From: Bacteroidota bacterium
GTDB lineage: Bacteria; Bacteroidota; Bacteroidia; UKL13-3
Direction of reading: 5' to 3'
NCBI GenBank assembly: GCA_947464275.1
Contig: CANHVU010000014.1
Location: 10,324-74,323, forward strand
Length of the DNA stretch: 64,000 bases
Shown here in pieces: positions 19,273 to 28,629 of this stretch. Made by a program: the position numbers and the translations under genes. Numbering within the stretch: the first letter of the stretch is position 1; the number at the start of each line of letters is the position of its first letter. Below the pieces are notes generated by a model. It saw nothing but the letters and a program-made list of their open reading frames with translations. It was not told the DNA's origin and searched no databases.

Positions 19273-21039
19273 ATGCAATTTCTTTTCATTGTAACAAATA
19301 CAAATAAAAAAATGAAGAAAATACTCATATTAGCTTTTGCTATCCAATTATCCATAATGTTAAATGCACAAGTATTAGTGCCTGAAAAAGAAACTATCGC
19401 TAATTCAGACGCAGGGCATAAAGAAATTGAAGTTGAAAAATCTTTGGATGGTTACAATTCATTTCCAATTGGGAATAAGGGTATTTTATTAGCTTACAAA
19501 TCGGTTGAGAAAAAAAAGAGTGGTTTTTATGATTTTAACATAACTAATTACGATACAGCATTTAATGAAGTTGCAAAATACAATGTTTTAGTTCCCAAAG
19601 AATACAGCATTATTGAGTATTTAACAGAAAAAGAATGTGGTTATTTTCTTTTGGCTAATGACTTGCTGGAACGCAAATTAGCTTCTAAAAAAAGACCAAC
19701 TTTTCAGAATAGTTACTTTTTTGATTACACTATTGTAAAAATAGATTTGAATACCAATAAACTAACCACTTATAATGGTACAAATAACAGAGCTTTATTT
19801 TTGAATGAAATGAAAGTAGTTGATGGGAAAGTAATATTAATAGGAAGACAAGGGGCTTCAGAACGAAAAATAAATACAGTTCAAACGGCATCAATTGGTT
19901 TATTATTTGTGCCTGCTATATTTTATTCACCTAATTACGATCCTGCTATTATTACCATTGATATGAAAAGTAAAAATGTAATGAAACAAGTTGCTTTAAA
20001 TGATTATTTTAGAGGTGATGCAGGGATTTTAGCTGCAAGTTATAATGAAAAAAATGGTGATTTCTCCGCTGTGATTAAGCATAAAGTAAAGAAAAAATCA
20101 AAGTATTTTTTACGAAATACCGAAGAGGGTGTACCTAAAAGTAATATCAATATTGATTTTCCAGAAAACATGGAAATGTTTCGAGCTAAAATGGAAGTGA
20201 AGGATAATAAAAAAGTTTTTGTTGCCACATATGGCGAAAAATGGGGTGGTAAGTTATCAGTTATGGATCATAAAACTGAGGGTATTTGTGTTGGATTATT
20301 TGAAAATAGTAACAAAGTAAATATGATACGTATTCCATGGAAAAAATTTGATAACACGATTACCACTTTAATTGGAAGTAATTCGTTTGATGACAATAAA
20401 AAATATAAAAAGGGTGATGCAGATGCGGAATTGGAGGTTACATTTAGTAAGATTATTATTAAAGATAATGAATATGTATTTTTAGGAGAAATTACAAAAC
20501 CAAGATATTACTACATTACAACTACGATAACGGATAGCAAAGGAAGAAAGTCTACAAAAACAGAAACTTATTATGATGGAATTCAAGTTATCGGTTTAAT
20601 TAGTTTTGGTGTGAATTCGGAAGGAACTTTATTATGGGAAAATGCGCATGAATATTTTGGCAATATAAGTTTCAAACTTGCATCAAGAGCAGATTTTTAC
20701 CAAACTGGAGACGAGCAGTATACTTCAGTGTATGTTGATAAAAATAATATACCGCATGTTTACAGTTTCCTTAGCGATAATACCAAACCTTTATTATCTG
20801 AATTAAGCCAACCTTTAGGTATTAGAAATGGAGATGACGCTAAATTTGTTTACAACTGGCAGTTAGGAATGCCCAAACTTTGGTATAAAGATAATTATTA
20901 CTACCAAGGTTGTTCAATTGATGTATCTTATAAAACTAAAGTAGATGGTAAAAAAGTTAAGCTAGATAAATCGGAGAAAAAAATGGTAAAGTATTATTAT
21001 GCTTTTAACAAAATCAAAATTCCTGTTTTAGGTGAATAA
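19273..21039 (+). CDS. hypothetical secreted protein (paralog of the 28630 gene)
   Basis: Signal peptide from the Met at 19312; the C-terminal third is alignable by eye to the 503-aa protein at 28630 (YVFLGEITKPRYYYITTTITD...LLWENAHEY vs LFLIAEKYFLTRQSYTYYVNGFPQ...LLENGDVVNKEQ). Confidence 0.45.
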   Translation: MQFLFIVTNTNKKMKKILILAFAIQLSIMLNAQVLVPEKETIANSDAGHKEIEVEKSLDGYNSFPIGNKGILLAYKSVEKKKSGFYDFNITNYDTAFNEVAKYNVLVPKEYSIIEYLTEKECGYFLLANDLLERKLASKKRPTFQNSYFFDYTIVKIDLNTNKLTTYNGTNNRALFLNEMKVVDGKVILIGRQGASERKINTVQTASIGLLFVPAIFYSPNYDPAIITIDMKSKNVMKQVALNDYFRGDAGILAASYNEKNGDFSAVIKHKVKKKSKYFLRNTEEGVPKSNINIDFPENMEMFRAKMEVKDNKKVFVATYGEKWGGKLSVMDHKTEGICVGLFENSNKVNMIRIPWKKFDNTITTLIGSNSFDDNKKYKKGDADAELEVTFSKIIIKDNEYVFLGEITKPRYYYITTTITDSKGRKSTKTETYYDGIQVIGLISFGVNSEGTLLWENAHEYFGNISFKLASRADFYQTGDEQYTSVYVDKNNIPHVYSFLSDNTKPLLSELSQPLGIRNGDDAKFVYNWQLGMPKLWYKDNYYYQGCSIDVSYKTKVDGKKVKLDKSEKKMVKYYYAFNKIKIPVLGE

Positions 21040-21060
21040 TAAAATGGGGCAATTTATTAA

Positions 21061-21099
21061 AAGAGGCATTTTCTTAATTGGGAATAGCCTCTTTTTTTG
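21061..21099 (+). terminator. rho-independent terminator
   Basis: aagaggc...gcctctt stem followed by tttttt. Confidence 0.55.
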
Positions 21100-21130
21100 T
21101 ATTAAAGCCCAACTCAAAGCTGCTTAAATT

Positions 21131-21166
21131 TTAAGTCATTTAGAATGGTATTTATGCCATTTGATA
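21131..21166 (+). repeat. solo fragment (third hairpin) of the 125-bp repeat unit
   Basis: tagaatggtatttatgccatttga. Confidence 0.5.
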
Positions 21167-21313
21167 TAAAAGCATGCATTATAAAAACAAACAACATTAA
21201 AAAACTTTGTACCTTGCCAATTTTGATCTACAAAAATCATATTAATTAAAAGTAAATGTATTCATTACCAATAAAAATGAACTTACTTTTGCCATTCAAA
21301 ATTCTTAGTTTTC

Positions 21314-21964
21314 ATGTTAAAAAAACCTTTAGTATCTGTATTATTAGCCGTTTACAATACTCCATTTGAATTGGTAAAGCGTGCTATAAATTCGGTATTA
21401 AAACAAAACATGCACGATTTTGAACTCATTATTATGGATGATGGAAGCGATAATAAATATCAGCGTGAAATGGTTATTTATACTTCTTTATTTCCATCCA
21501 TTATCACTTATATTTATCATCCAAACTGTGGGCAGGCCGAATCAATTAACCGTGGCATTTTAAAAAGCAGCGGACAATTCATTACTATTATAGATGCCGA
21601 TGACGAATTTAAACCCAATCACTTAAGAAGATGTTTGGAACAAATGCAATATGCTGATTTAATTGCATCAAAAACACAAACTATAGTTGATGATCAAGCA
21701 GATTATTATATTCCAGATAGGTTAGATACATCGAAGGTAATTCATGTAGATGATTGTATTTTGTTTGCAACGCTTTTTGGCAAAAGAGAAGTATTTGTAA
21801 ACAATCCTTTTTATAATATGTATAGTGCTGATGCAAATTTTTATGAAAGGGTTTCCAAAAAGTATAATGTTAAAAAGGTTGATCTTCGTACTTATATTTA
21901 TTATCGTAACATTCCAAATAGCACTTGTGCCAAATTAAAAAACAGCATTTTACAGGCTGAATAA
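21314..21964 (+). CDS. glycosyltransferase family 2
   Basis: VSVLLAVYNTPFELVKRAINSVLKQ; DDGSDN and DADD (DxD) motifs. Confidence 0.75.
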   Translation: MLKKPLVSVLLAVYNTPFELVKRAINSVLKQNMHDFELIIMDDGSDNKYQREMVIYTSLFPSIITYIYHPNCGQAESINRGILKSSGQFITIIDADDEFKPNHLRRCLEQMQYADLIASKTQTIVDDQADYYIPDRLDTSKVIHVDDCILFATLFGKREVFVNNPFYNMYSADANFYERVSKKYNVKKVDLRTYIYYRNIPNSTCAKLKNSILQAE

Positions 21965-21975
21965 ACTCAATACAA

Positions 21976-22716
21976 ATGTACAAACAATATATTTTTGCTT
22001 GCCTTTTTACAGGTGTTTACGATGTTAACCGTTCAGAAACTTTAGCCAATAATGATTATTCGTTAATTGAAAAATGGGCAACTTCCATTACTGCTTTAAA
22101 ACTTCATGGCATTATTTTTCATAATAGCTTTTCGGCAGAAACGGTAGCTAAATACAGTAATGAGTTTATTACTTTTGAAGAGGTAACATATAATCCAACC
22201 TATAACTTAAGTGTATATAGGTATTTTGTTTACTTGGATTTTTTATTAAAAAATCACCACGAAATTGAATCGTTGTTTATAACTGATAGTACTGATGTAG
22301 AAGTGATAATTAATCCTTTTGAGCAGCCATTGTTTAAAAATAATCCCAGAGCACTATTTTGTGGCGATGAACCAACTACTTTAAATAATGAATGGATGAT
22401 GAATCATTCAACCCATTTTAGAAATCAAATAACAGCATTTGCAGCATACGAAGAAAAATTCGCAAATGATACTTTACTTAATTGCGGAATAATAGGCGGA
22501 AGCATAACTATAATGACAGCTTTGTTGAATGAATTGGTGAATTTTCATAGCCAATTTAACCAAAATAATAAAACAGCTTATACAGGCGACATGGGGGCAT
22601 TTAATTATATAGCTCGCAAACAATTTAACAATCAATTATTTCATGGAGCTCCTGTAAATACTATATTTAAAGGTTATGAAAGAGATAATTATAGTTGCTG
22701 GTTTAGGCATAAATAA
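21976..22716 (+). CDS. hypothetical protein, possibly a nucleotide-sugar transferase-like fold
   Basis: 246 aa; sits immediately after the GT2 gene; ITDSTDVEV resembles a DxD segment; no firm family assignment. Confidence 0.3.
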   Translation: MYKQYIFACLFTGVYDVNRSETLANNDYSLIEKWATSITALKLHGIIFHNSFSAETVAKYSNEFITFEEVTYNPTYNLSVYRYFVYLDFLLKNHHEIESLFITDSTDVEVIINPFEQPLFKNNPRALFCGDEPTTLNNEWMMNHSTHFRNQITAFAAYEEKFANDTLLNCGIIGGSITIMTALLNELVNFHSQFNQNNKTAYTGDMGAFNYIARKQFNNQLFHGAPVNTIFKGYERDNYSCWFRHK

Positions 22717-22726
22717 CAACTTATTT

Positions 22727-23100
22727 CTTCTTAGAATGGGTTGAAACCCATTTCAATTGATTTACAAGGCAAATTATTATTTAAGGGCTCAAGCCCATTT
22801 TTGAGGGTGATAAAATGTTTGAATGAATTGGAGTGGCATTTATGCCATTTTATTCTTAGAATGGTTTGAAACCCATTCTAATTGAATGAAAAGGCAAATT
22901 GTATTTTATGGGCTCAAGCCCATTTTTTGAGGGTGATAAAATGTTTGAATCAATTGGAATAGCATTTATGCCATTTTATTCTTAGAATGGGTTAAAACCT
23001 ATTTCAATTAATTAAAAAAGCAATTTGTATTTTAAGGGCTCAAGCCCATTTTTTGAGGGTGATAAAATGTTTGAATCAATTGGAATGACTTTTACGCAAT
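22727..23100 (+). repeat. tandem array of three ~125-bp triple-hairpin units
   Basis: Three head-to-tail copies at 22727-22850, 22851-22976 and 22977-23100 with about 90% identity; no unique spacers. Confidence 0.85.
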
Positions 23101-23130
23101 TTTGAAAGGAAAGAAGATTTAATAAATTAG

Positions 23131-23568
23131 TTATTCTTCAAATTTTTGAAATCCATGTTTTGAAATAAATTCATCAAATTCTTGATTGAATGTATTGTTA
23201 AGGTGATGTTCCTCTTGGTTTTTAATATAATTTCTTACTGCTTCAATCATTGATTCAGAAACTGAAACTGCATAATATTCATCTTGCCATTCAAATTTTT
23301 GTTCTGTTATTAAGTGTTTGTTTATCCAAAAGGATGATTCGCCTTTGATCAATTGCATTATTTGCTGTATTGTTTGGTTGCTATTCATTGAAACTAAGCA
23401 ATGGCAATGGTCACTATATCCATTTACATAGTCAATAAAAATTCCTTTTATATGAGCATTTTCTTTAATGTGGCTCCACACTTTTTGTCTAATTTCTTTA
23501 CTATTTAATAGTGGAACTCTATTTTTGGTACTCCACACAAAATGTATATAAACCTTAATAAATGGCAT
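23131..23568 (-). CDS. tnpA: IS200/IS605-family HuH Y1 transposase (TnpA; RAYT-like, no TnpB partner)
   Basis: YIHFVWSTKNR N-terminus; HCHCLV HuH motif; KGESS; catalytic-Tyr region EAVRNYIKNQ; 145 aa. Confidence 0.8.
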   Translation of the reverse strand: MPFIKVYIHFVWSTKNRVPLLNSKEIRQKVWSHIKENAHIKGIFIDYVNGYSDHCHCLVSMNSNQTIQQIMQLIKGESSFWINKHLITEQKFEWQDEYYAVSVSESMIEAVRNYIKNQEEHHLNNTFNQEFDEFISKHGFQKFEE

Positions 23569-23623
23569 AATAAGTTTAATAGTGTTTTTTCAATTGCAAT
23601 ATATTTATTTTTTAAAATCTTTC

Positions 23624-23948
23624 TTTTTAGAATGGGTTAAAACCCATTTCAATTGATTTATAAGGCAAAATGTTATTTAAGGGCTGAAGCCCATTTTTTG
23701 GGGATGATAAAATGTTTGAATCAATTGGAATGGCATTTATGCCATTTTCTTTTTTCAATGGGTTAAAACCCATTCCAATAAATTAAAAAAGCAATTTGTA
23801 TTTTAAGGGCTAAAGCCCATTTTTTGAAGGTGATAAAATGTTTGAATCAATTGGAATGGCATTTATGCCTTTTTATTCTTAGAATGGGTTGAAACCCATT
23901 TTAATTGAATGAAAAGGCAAATTGTATTTTATGGGCTCAAGCCCATTT
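23624..23948 (+). repeat. tandem array of about 2.6 ~125-bp triple-hairpin units
   Basis: Same unit and same orientation as the 22727 array; the last unit is truncated after the gggctcaagccc hairpin. Confidence 0.85.
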
Positions 23949-24161
23949 GTATAATGATTAATGTTTAATAGCACAACACTTTACATAATTATTATTTACC
24001 CAAGATTATTGGATTGTTAACTTTCAGGCTAAAACTTTGGAAATAAAAATAAAATCATATCATTGCGCTTATAGCTAAAATCAAAAACAGCAAATGAATT
24101 CATTTTGTATTGGTATTCCATTTAGCATCTTTTTTAGTTCAATTTTATTAGTAAATCAATA

Positions 24162-25187
24162 TTGATGACAATGCTAGCAGGTCTTAAGTTTATTGTAAAT
24201 ACTTCATTGCTCAAAAACAATAAGAGTGGTGAGGAGCATAACCTGACGCTTTCTAGTGGTAAAACATCTGTGCTTCTGTATAAACCATCTAAGAAAGAAA
24301 AGGGACTTATTATTTCACTTACTGGATTTTCAATGCATGGCTATCAAGATAAACGCATAGCAGTGGTGAATAATACCTTTGCAAAATTAGGCTATCGTGT
24401 AATAACGCCCCAAATAAATACCATTGATGCCTTGCTGATTCATCCATCAGGTATTGATGAGGTTAAAGAAGTTATCAATCAAATTACAGCTGATCCATTA
24501 TTGAACCCAAACAAGTTTTGCCCTGCGGTATTTGCACCTTCTTTTACTGCAGGCATAGCAGCTTTGGCCATTGCCGAAATGCCTCTAAACAGTGTTTCTT
24601 CTTTTTGTTTAATAGGTAGTTTTTGTGATTTTGAATCCACCATTCAATTTGCTTTAACAAACGATAAAAATGTAGATGATTATGGCATGCATATTTTGAT
24701 GAAAAACTTTTTGAAATATGAGGTGGGTAATAATCCTGCATTAGAAGCATTAATTCATACAGCCTTGGAAGATAATGGCTTAAAAAGACAAGTACCTTTG
24801 CTGCCAAACCTACTTGCCCAAACAGATGAAGCTACTGTTGATTTGTATAATAAAATTAAATTTAACACTGAATACAGAAGCGAAGTAATTATGCGTGCTT
24901 GGACAAAAATTCCTGATTTTGCTATATGGAAAGACCGACTTGATTTATCAAAACATGCGCATAAAATTACTTGCCCGGTTACTATTATTCATGGAAAAGA
25001 CGATAATGTAATTCCTTCTGCTCAGTCTATATTATTGTATTCATTGTTGAAAGACAAAAACCCAAAAGTGCATTTGGAAGTATCCAATTTACTGGACCAT
25101 GGAGATATGAAGGTAGGTTTGAAAATTTTTAGTGAAATTACTAGTTTGGCTAAGGCTTTCAACTATTTTATGGATCATATTAAATAA
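24162..25187 (+). CDS. alpha/beta hydrolase family protein
   Basis: Typical alpha/beta arrangement; C-terminal ITCPVTIIHGKDDNVIP...LDHGD catalytic Asp/His region. Confidence 0.5.
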   Translation: MMTMLAGLKFIVNTSLLKNNKSGEEHNLTLSSGKTSVLLYKPSKKEKGLIISLTGFSMHGYQDKRIAVVNNTFAKLGYRVITPQINTIDALLIHPSGIDEVKEVINQITADPLLNPNKFCPAVFAPSFTAGIAALAIAEMPLNSVSSFCLIGSFCDFESTIQFALTNDKNVDDYGMHILMKNFLKYEVGNNPALEALIHTALEDNGLKRQVPLLPNLLAQTDEATVDLYNKIKFNTEYRSEVIMRAWTKIPDFAIWKDRLDLSKHAHKITCPVTIIHGKDDNVIPSAQSILLYSLLKDKNPKVHLEVSNLLDHGDMKVGLKIFSEITSLAKAFNYFMDHIK

Positions 25188-25275
25188 ATGAAAAGGCAAT
25201 TTTAATTAAACGCAAAATTGCCAATAAAGAAAATGTGAACGTGAAGAAAATTAAATGCAGGAAAGTGAGTTAGGA

Positions 25276-25400
25276 TTGTTTAATTGTTTAATTGTTATAT
25301 TGTTATATTGTTATATTGTTGGGTTGTTGAATTGATAGATTGTCAATTGCTTATTGCCCATTGTCGATAGCTTATTGCTAATTGTCAATTGCCTATCAAC
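25276..25400. repeat. low-complexity ATTG-based microsatellite-like tract
   Basis: (ttgttata)x3 followed by attgtcaattgcttattgcccattgtcgatagcttattgctaattgtcaattgcctatc. Confidence 0.6.
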
Positions 25401-25439
25401 AAAAAAGCCCGAAATCAAATGTGATTTCGGGCTTTTTTC
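25401..25439. terminator. bidirectional rho-independent terminator
   Basis: aaaaaagcccgaaatcaaatgtgatttcgggcttttttcg. Confidence 0.75.
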
Positions 25440-25454
25440 GTTGAAGATTAGATT

Positions 25455-26531
25455 CTATAAAAATGGAATTTTTACCACTTTGGCTTTGATCATTTTTTCG
25501 CGAATTTCAATATAAATTTCTGAATCAACTTTGCTATGCGAAGCTGCAACGTAACCCATACCAATGGCTTTATTTAAACTTGGCGATTGAGTTCCTGAAG
25601 TTACTTCACCAATGGTATTTCCTTCAGCATCTTTAATCATGTAATGTTGGCGAGGAATACCGCGGTCAATTAATTCGAAACCAACCAATTTTTTTGTGGC
25701 ACCATTTTCTTTAATGGCTTTGTGGTGTTCGCTCATTATAAATGGTTTGGTAAATTTGGTAATCCAACCTAAACCAGCTTCAATTGGACTAGTTTCATCA
25801 TTGATATCATTGCCATATAAGCAAAAACCTTTTTCTAAACGTAAAGTATCGCGCGCACCTAAACCAACAGGAATAATATCAAATTCTTTTCCTGCTTCAA
25901 AAATGGCATCCCACATTTTTTTAGCATCTTTATTCCAAACATAAATTTCGAATCCACCAGCACCAGTATAACCAGTGTTTGAAATAATTACATCTTCGCA
26001 ACCGGCCATGGTACCACCACAAAAAGTGTAGTATTCCATAGCGCTTAAGTTTACTTCAGTTAATTTTTGTAAAGCCTTAATAGCATTTGGACCTTGAACA
26101 GCAAATAAACTCAAGTCATCACTCATGTTTTGCATTTCTACACCAAAAGTATTGTGTTGGCTAATCCAATTCCAATCTTTTTCAATGTTTGATGCATTCA
26201 CTACTAAATAATATTCATCTTGGCTCCAACGATATACCAATAAATCATCTACAATACCACCTTTATCGTTTGGCATGCAGCTGTATTGAACTTTACCATC
26301 GGTTAATTTTGAAGCATCGTTGCTGGTAACTAATTGAATTAATTCAAGCGCTTTTTCGCCTTTTAAGATAAATTCGCCCATGTGGCTAACATCAAACACA
26401 CCTACCGAATTGCGAACAGCTAAATGTTCTTGAATTAAATTGGTGTATAATACAGGCATGTTATAACCTGCAAATTCAATCATTTTTGCACCTAAGCCAG
26501 CATGCAAATCATTTAAAGCAACGTGTTTCAT
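25455..26531 (-). CDS. gcvT: glycine cleavage system T protein (aminomethyltransferase)
   Basis: GcvT-typical N-terminus [21 protein letters not shown] and length. Confidence 0.9.
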   Translation of the reverse strand: MKHVALNDLHAGLGAKMIEFAGYNMPVLYTNLIQEHLAVRNSVGVFDVSHMGEFILKGEKALELIQLVTSNDASKLTDGKVQYSCMPNDKGGIVDDLLVYRWSQDEYYLVVNASNIEKDWNWISQHNTFGVEMQNMSDDLSLFAVQGPNAIKALQKLTEVNLSAMEYYTFCGGTMAGCEDVIISNTGYTGAGGFEIYVWNKDAKKMWDAIFEAGKEFDIIPVGLGARDTLRLEKGFCLYGNDINDETSPIEAGLGWITKFTKPFIMSEHHKAIKENGATKKLVGFELIDRGIPRQHYMIKDAEGNTIGEVTSGTQSPSLNKAIGMGYVAASHSKVDSEIYIEIREKMIKAKVVKIPFL

Positions 26532-26748
26532 TGGTTAAAATATTATTTTAGTTTTATAAAGGCGAAAGTAATACAATACTTTAAAAAATTGCCTGTTGTA
26601 AATTTGATAAAAATGAGTTTTGGGGATATTGATTATAAAGATTACAAGATTGGAAAATTGAAAGATTGCAAGGATTGGGGTATGATATTATTATGTTTTA
26701 TGATAAGGTATTTCAAATTTTACAATTGTATTTTGCTCCTTAATACAA

Positions 26749-27204
26749 TTGCAAGTATGTTTGTATTTAACTCAAACCCCTAAAAACATGAAAACAATTT
26801 TACGAAACGTATTAGCCGTTATAGTTGGCATACTAGTTGGTTCAGTAGTAAACATGCTAATAATTCAAATAAGTAGCAGCATTATTCCTCCTCCAGCAGG
26901 AGTAGATGTAACTACCGAAGAAGGCTTAAAAGCAGGCATTCATTTGTTTGAGCCAAAGCATTTTATAATGCCCTTTTTAGCACACGCAATTGGAACTTTA
27001 GTTGGTGCGTTGTTAACAGTATTAATAGCTGCCAATAATAAAATGAGGCTTGCATTAACCATTGGTATGGTATTTTTTATAGGTGGAGCCATGATGGTTA
27101 ATTCAGTTCCTGGCCCAATTTGGTTTGCAGTAGCAGATTTAGTGTTTGCTTATATTCCAATGGGTTTATTAGCTGCTAAAATTGCTACTAAAAAAGAAGT
27201 TTAG
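26749..27204 (+). CDS. hypothetical small membrane protein
   Basis: 3-4 TM helices; likely start is the Met at 26788. Confidence 0.4.
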   Translation: MQVCLYLTQTPKNMKTILRNVLAVIVGILVGSVVNMLIIQISSSIIPPPAGVDVTTEEGLKAGIHLFEPKHFIMPFLAHAIGTLVGALLTVLIAANNKMRLALTIGMVFFIGGAMMVNSVPGPIWFAVADLVFAYIPMGLLAAKIATKKEV

Positions 27205-27254
27205 AGTATTATAAAATTAAAAAAATTAAAAAATTGGAAGATTTGAAGGTTCCT

Positions 27255-27299
27255 GCCATTGTTGGTGTTTTAGCGAAGCGACACCAACAACAAATGCTG
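27255..27299 (-). repeat. REP family 1 hairpin (inverted orientation)
   Basis: Reverse complement reads ...ttgttggtgtcgcttcgctaaaacaccaacaatggcagg. Confidence 0.8.
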
Positions 27300-27438
27300 T
27301 TTTTAAAAGCTTAGCTTTATACCATTTCATATGCGTGAATTGTCTTGCTGAGGCACGAAGCATCTTTATAAGCAAAAAAAGTTAGGCACTTCTTTATTCG
27401 ATATTCTTTATTCGTATTTTGAATTTCGCACTTCGAAT

Positions 27439-28596
27439 TTATTTCGTAATCGATTCAATAATCTTCTTCCTCAATTCATCAATATTTACCTTTTTGGTAG
27501 CCGAAATAAAAATTACTTGTCCGTTTTCTTTGGCCATCCAAGTATTTTTTAGTTTTTCTATATAAGGCAAATGCTCTGTTTCCTCTCCAAAAGGATCATC
27601 TGGCTCCAAAGGTTCTTTCAGTTGATCTATTTTATTAAAAATAAGCAATTGTTTTTTATTGCTTGCGCCAATTTCTAACAAAGTACTATTTACCAAATTC
27701 AGTTGGTCTTCAAAATTTTCGTGGCTAATATCTACCACATGCAGTAACAAATCAGCCTCGCGCACTTCATCTAAGGTTGATTTAAAACTTTCCACCAATT
27801 GATGTGGTAATTTACGAATAAACCCAACGGTATCGCTCAGCAAAAAAGGAACATTATCAAAAACCACCTTGCGCACGGTACTATCCAAGGTGGCAAACAA
27901 TTTATTTTCAACCAAAACTTCGCTTTTGCTCAATAAATTCATAATGGTTGATTTACCCACATTGGTATAACCCACCAAAGCCACACGTTTTTTTTCATCG
28001 CGGTTTTGCCTGCGTGTAGCCGATTGTTTATCAATATGGTTTAAGCGTTCTTTTAATTTGCTTATTTCATCGCGCAATAAACGTCTATCGGTTTCAATTT
28101 CGGTTTCACCCGGGCCACGCATACCAATTCCACCTTTTTGCTTGGTTAAGTGGGTCCACATACGCGTTAATCGAGGCAATAAATATTGGGCTTGCGCTAA
28201 TTCTACTTGATACTTAGCCTGAGCTGTACTAGCCCTATTAGCAAAAATATCTAATATCAAATTACTTCTGTCTAATATTTTTATTTTCAGCTCATTTTGA
28301 ATATTGCGCAATTGCGATGGACTTAATTCATCATCAAAAATCACGATATCTATTTCACGAACGGTAATGTATTCTTTGATTTCGTCTAATTTTCCTTCAC
28401 CCACATAAGTGCGAGAGCTAGGATGAGGCAAGCGTTGTAAAAACTGCTTTTCTACAGCAGCGCCAGCAGTTTGCGCCAAAAAAGCCAACTCGTCAATATA
28501 CTCTTGCGCCTTTTCTATTTTTAAATTTGGAGTAACCACTCCTACCAAAACCGCGCGTTCTTGCGGTTTTGCGGTATCATATAATTTTTTTGCCAT
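27439..28596 (-). CDS. hflX: GTPase HflX
   Basis: HflX N-terminal domain; G1 motif GYTNVGKST; DTVGF. Confidence 0.9.
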   Translation of the reverse strand: MAKKLYDTAKPQERAVLVGVVTPNLKIEKAQEYIDELAFLAQTAGAAVEKQFLQRLPHPSSRTYVGEGKLDEIKEYITVREIDIVIFDDELSPSQLRNIQNELKIKILDRSNLILDIFANRASTAQAKYQVELAQAQYLLPRLTRMWTHLTKQKGGIGMRGPGETEIETDRRLLRDEISKLKERLNHIDKQSATRRQNRDEKKRVALVGYTNVGKSTIMNLLSKSEVLVENKLFATLDSTVRKVVFDNVPFLLSDTVGFIRKLPHQLVESFKSTLDEVREADLLLHVVDISHENFEDQLNLVNSTLLEIGASNKKQLLIFNKIDQLKEPLEPDDPFGEETEHLPYIEKLKNTWMAKENGQVIFISATKKVNIDELRKKIIESITK

Positions 28597-28629
28597 TTAA
28601 GTAATCAATCATTTTTAAAACGCGCTAAA

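Noticed and set aside
23131-23568. IS605-type two-gene element (TnpA plus TnpB/IscB RNA-guided nuclease)
   Set aside because: No ORF of TnpB or IscB size (more than 350 aa) flanks either Y1 transposase. Both are TnpA-only, IS200/RAYT-type.
22727-23948. Possible CRISPR array (regularly spaced ~125-bp repeats)
   Set aside because: All units are homologous along their full length. There are no unique spacers between the repeats, no short 25-40 bp direct repeats and no cas genes nearby.
26523-26783. 86-aa ORF upstream of and overlapping the gcvT start
   Set aside because: It has a low-complexity Lys/Tyr/Phe-rich composition, overlaps a divergent promoter region and shows no signal of a real protein.
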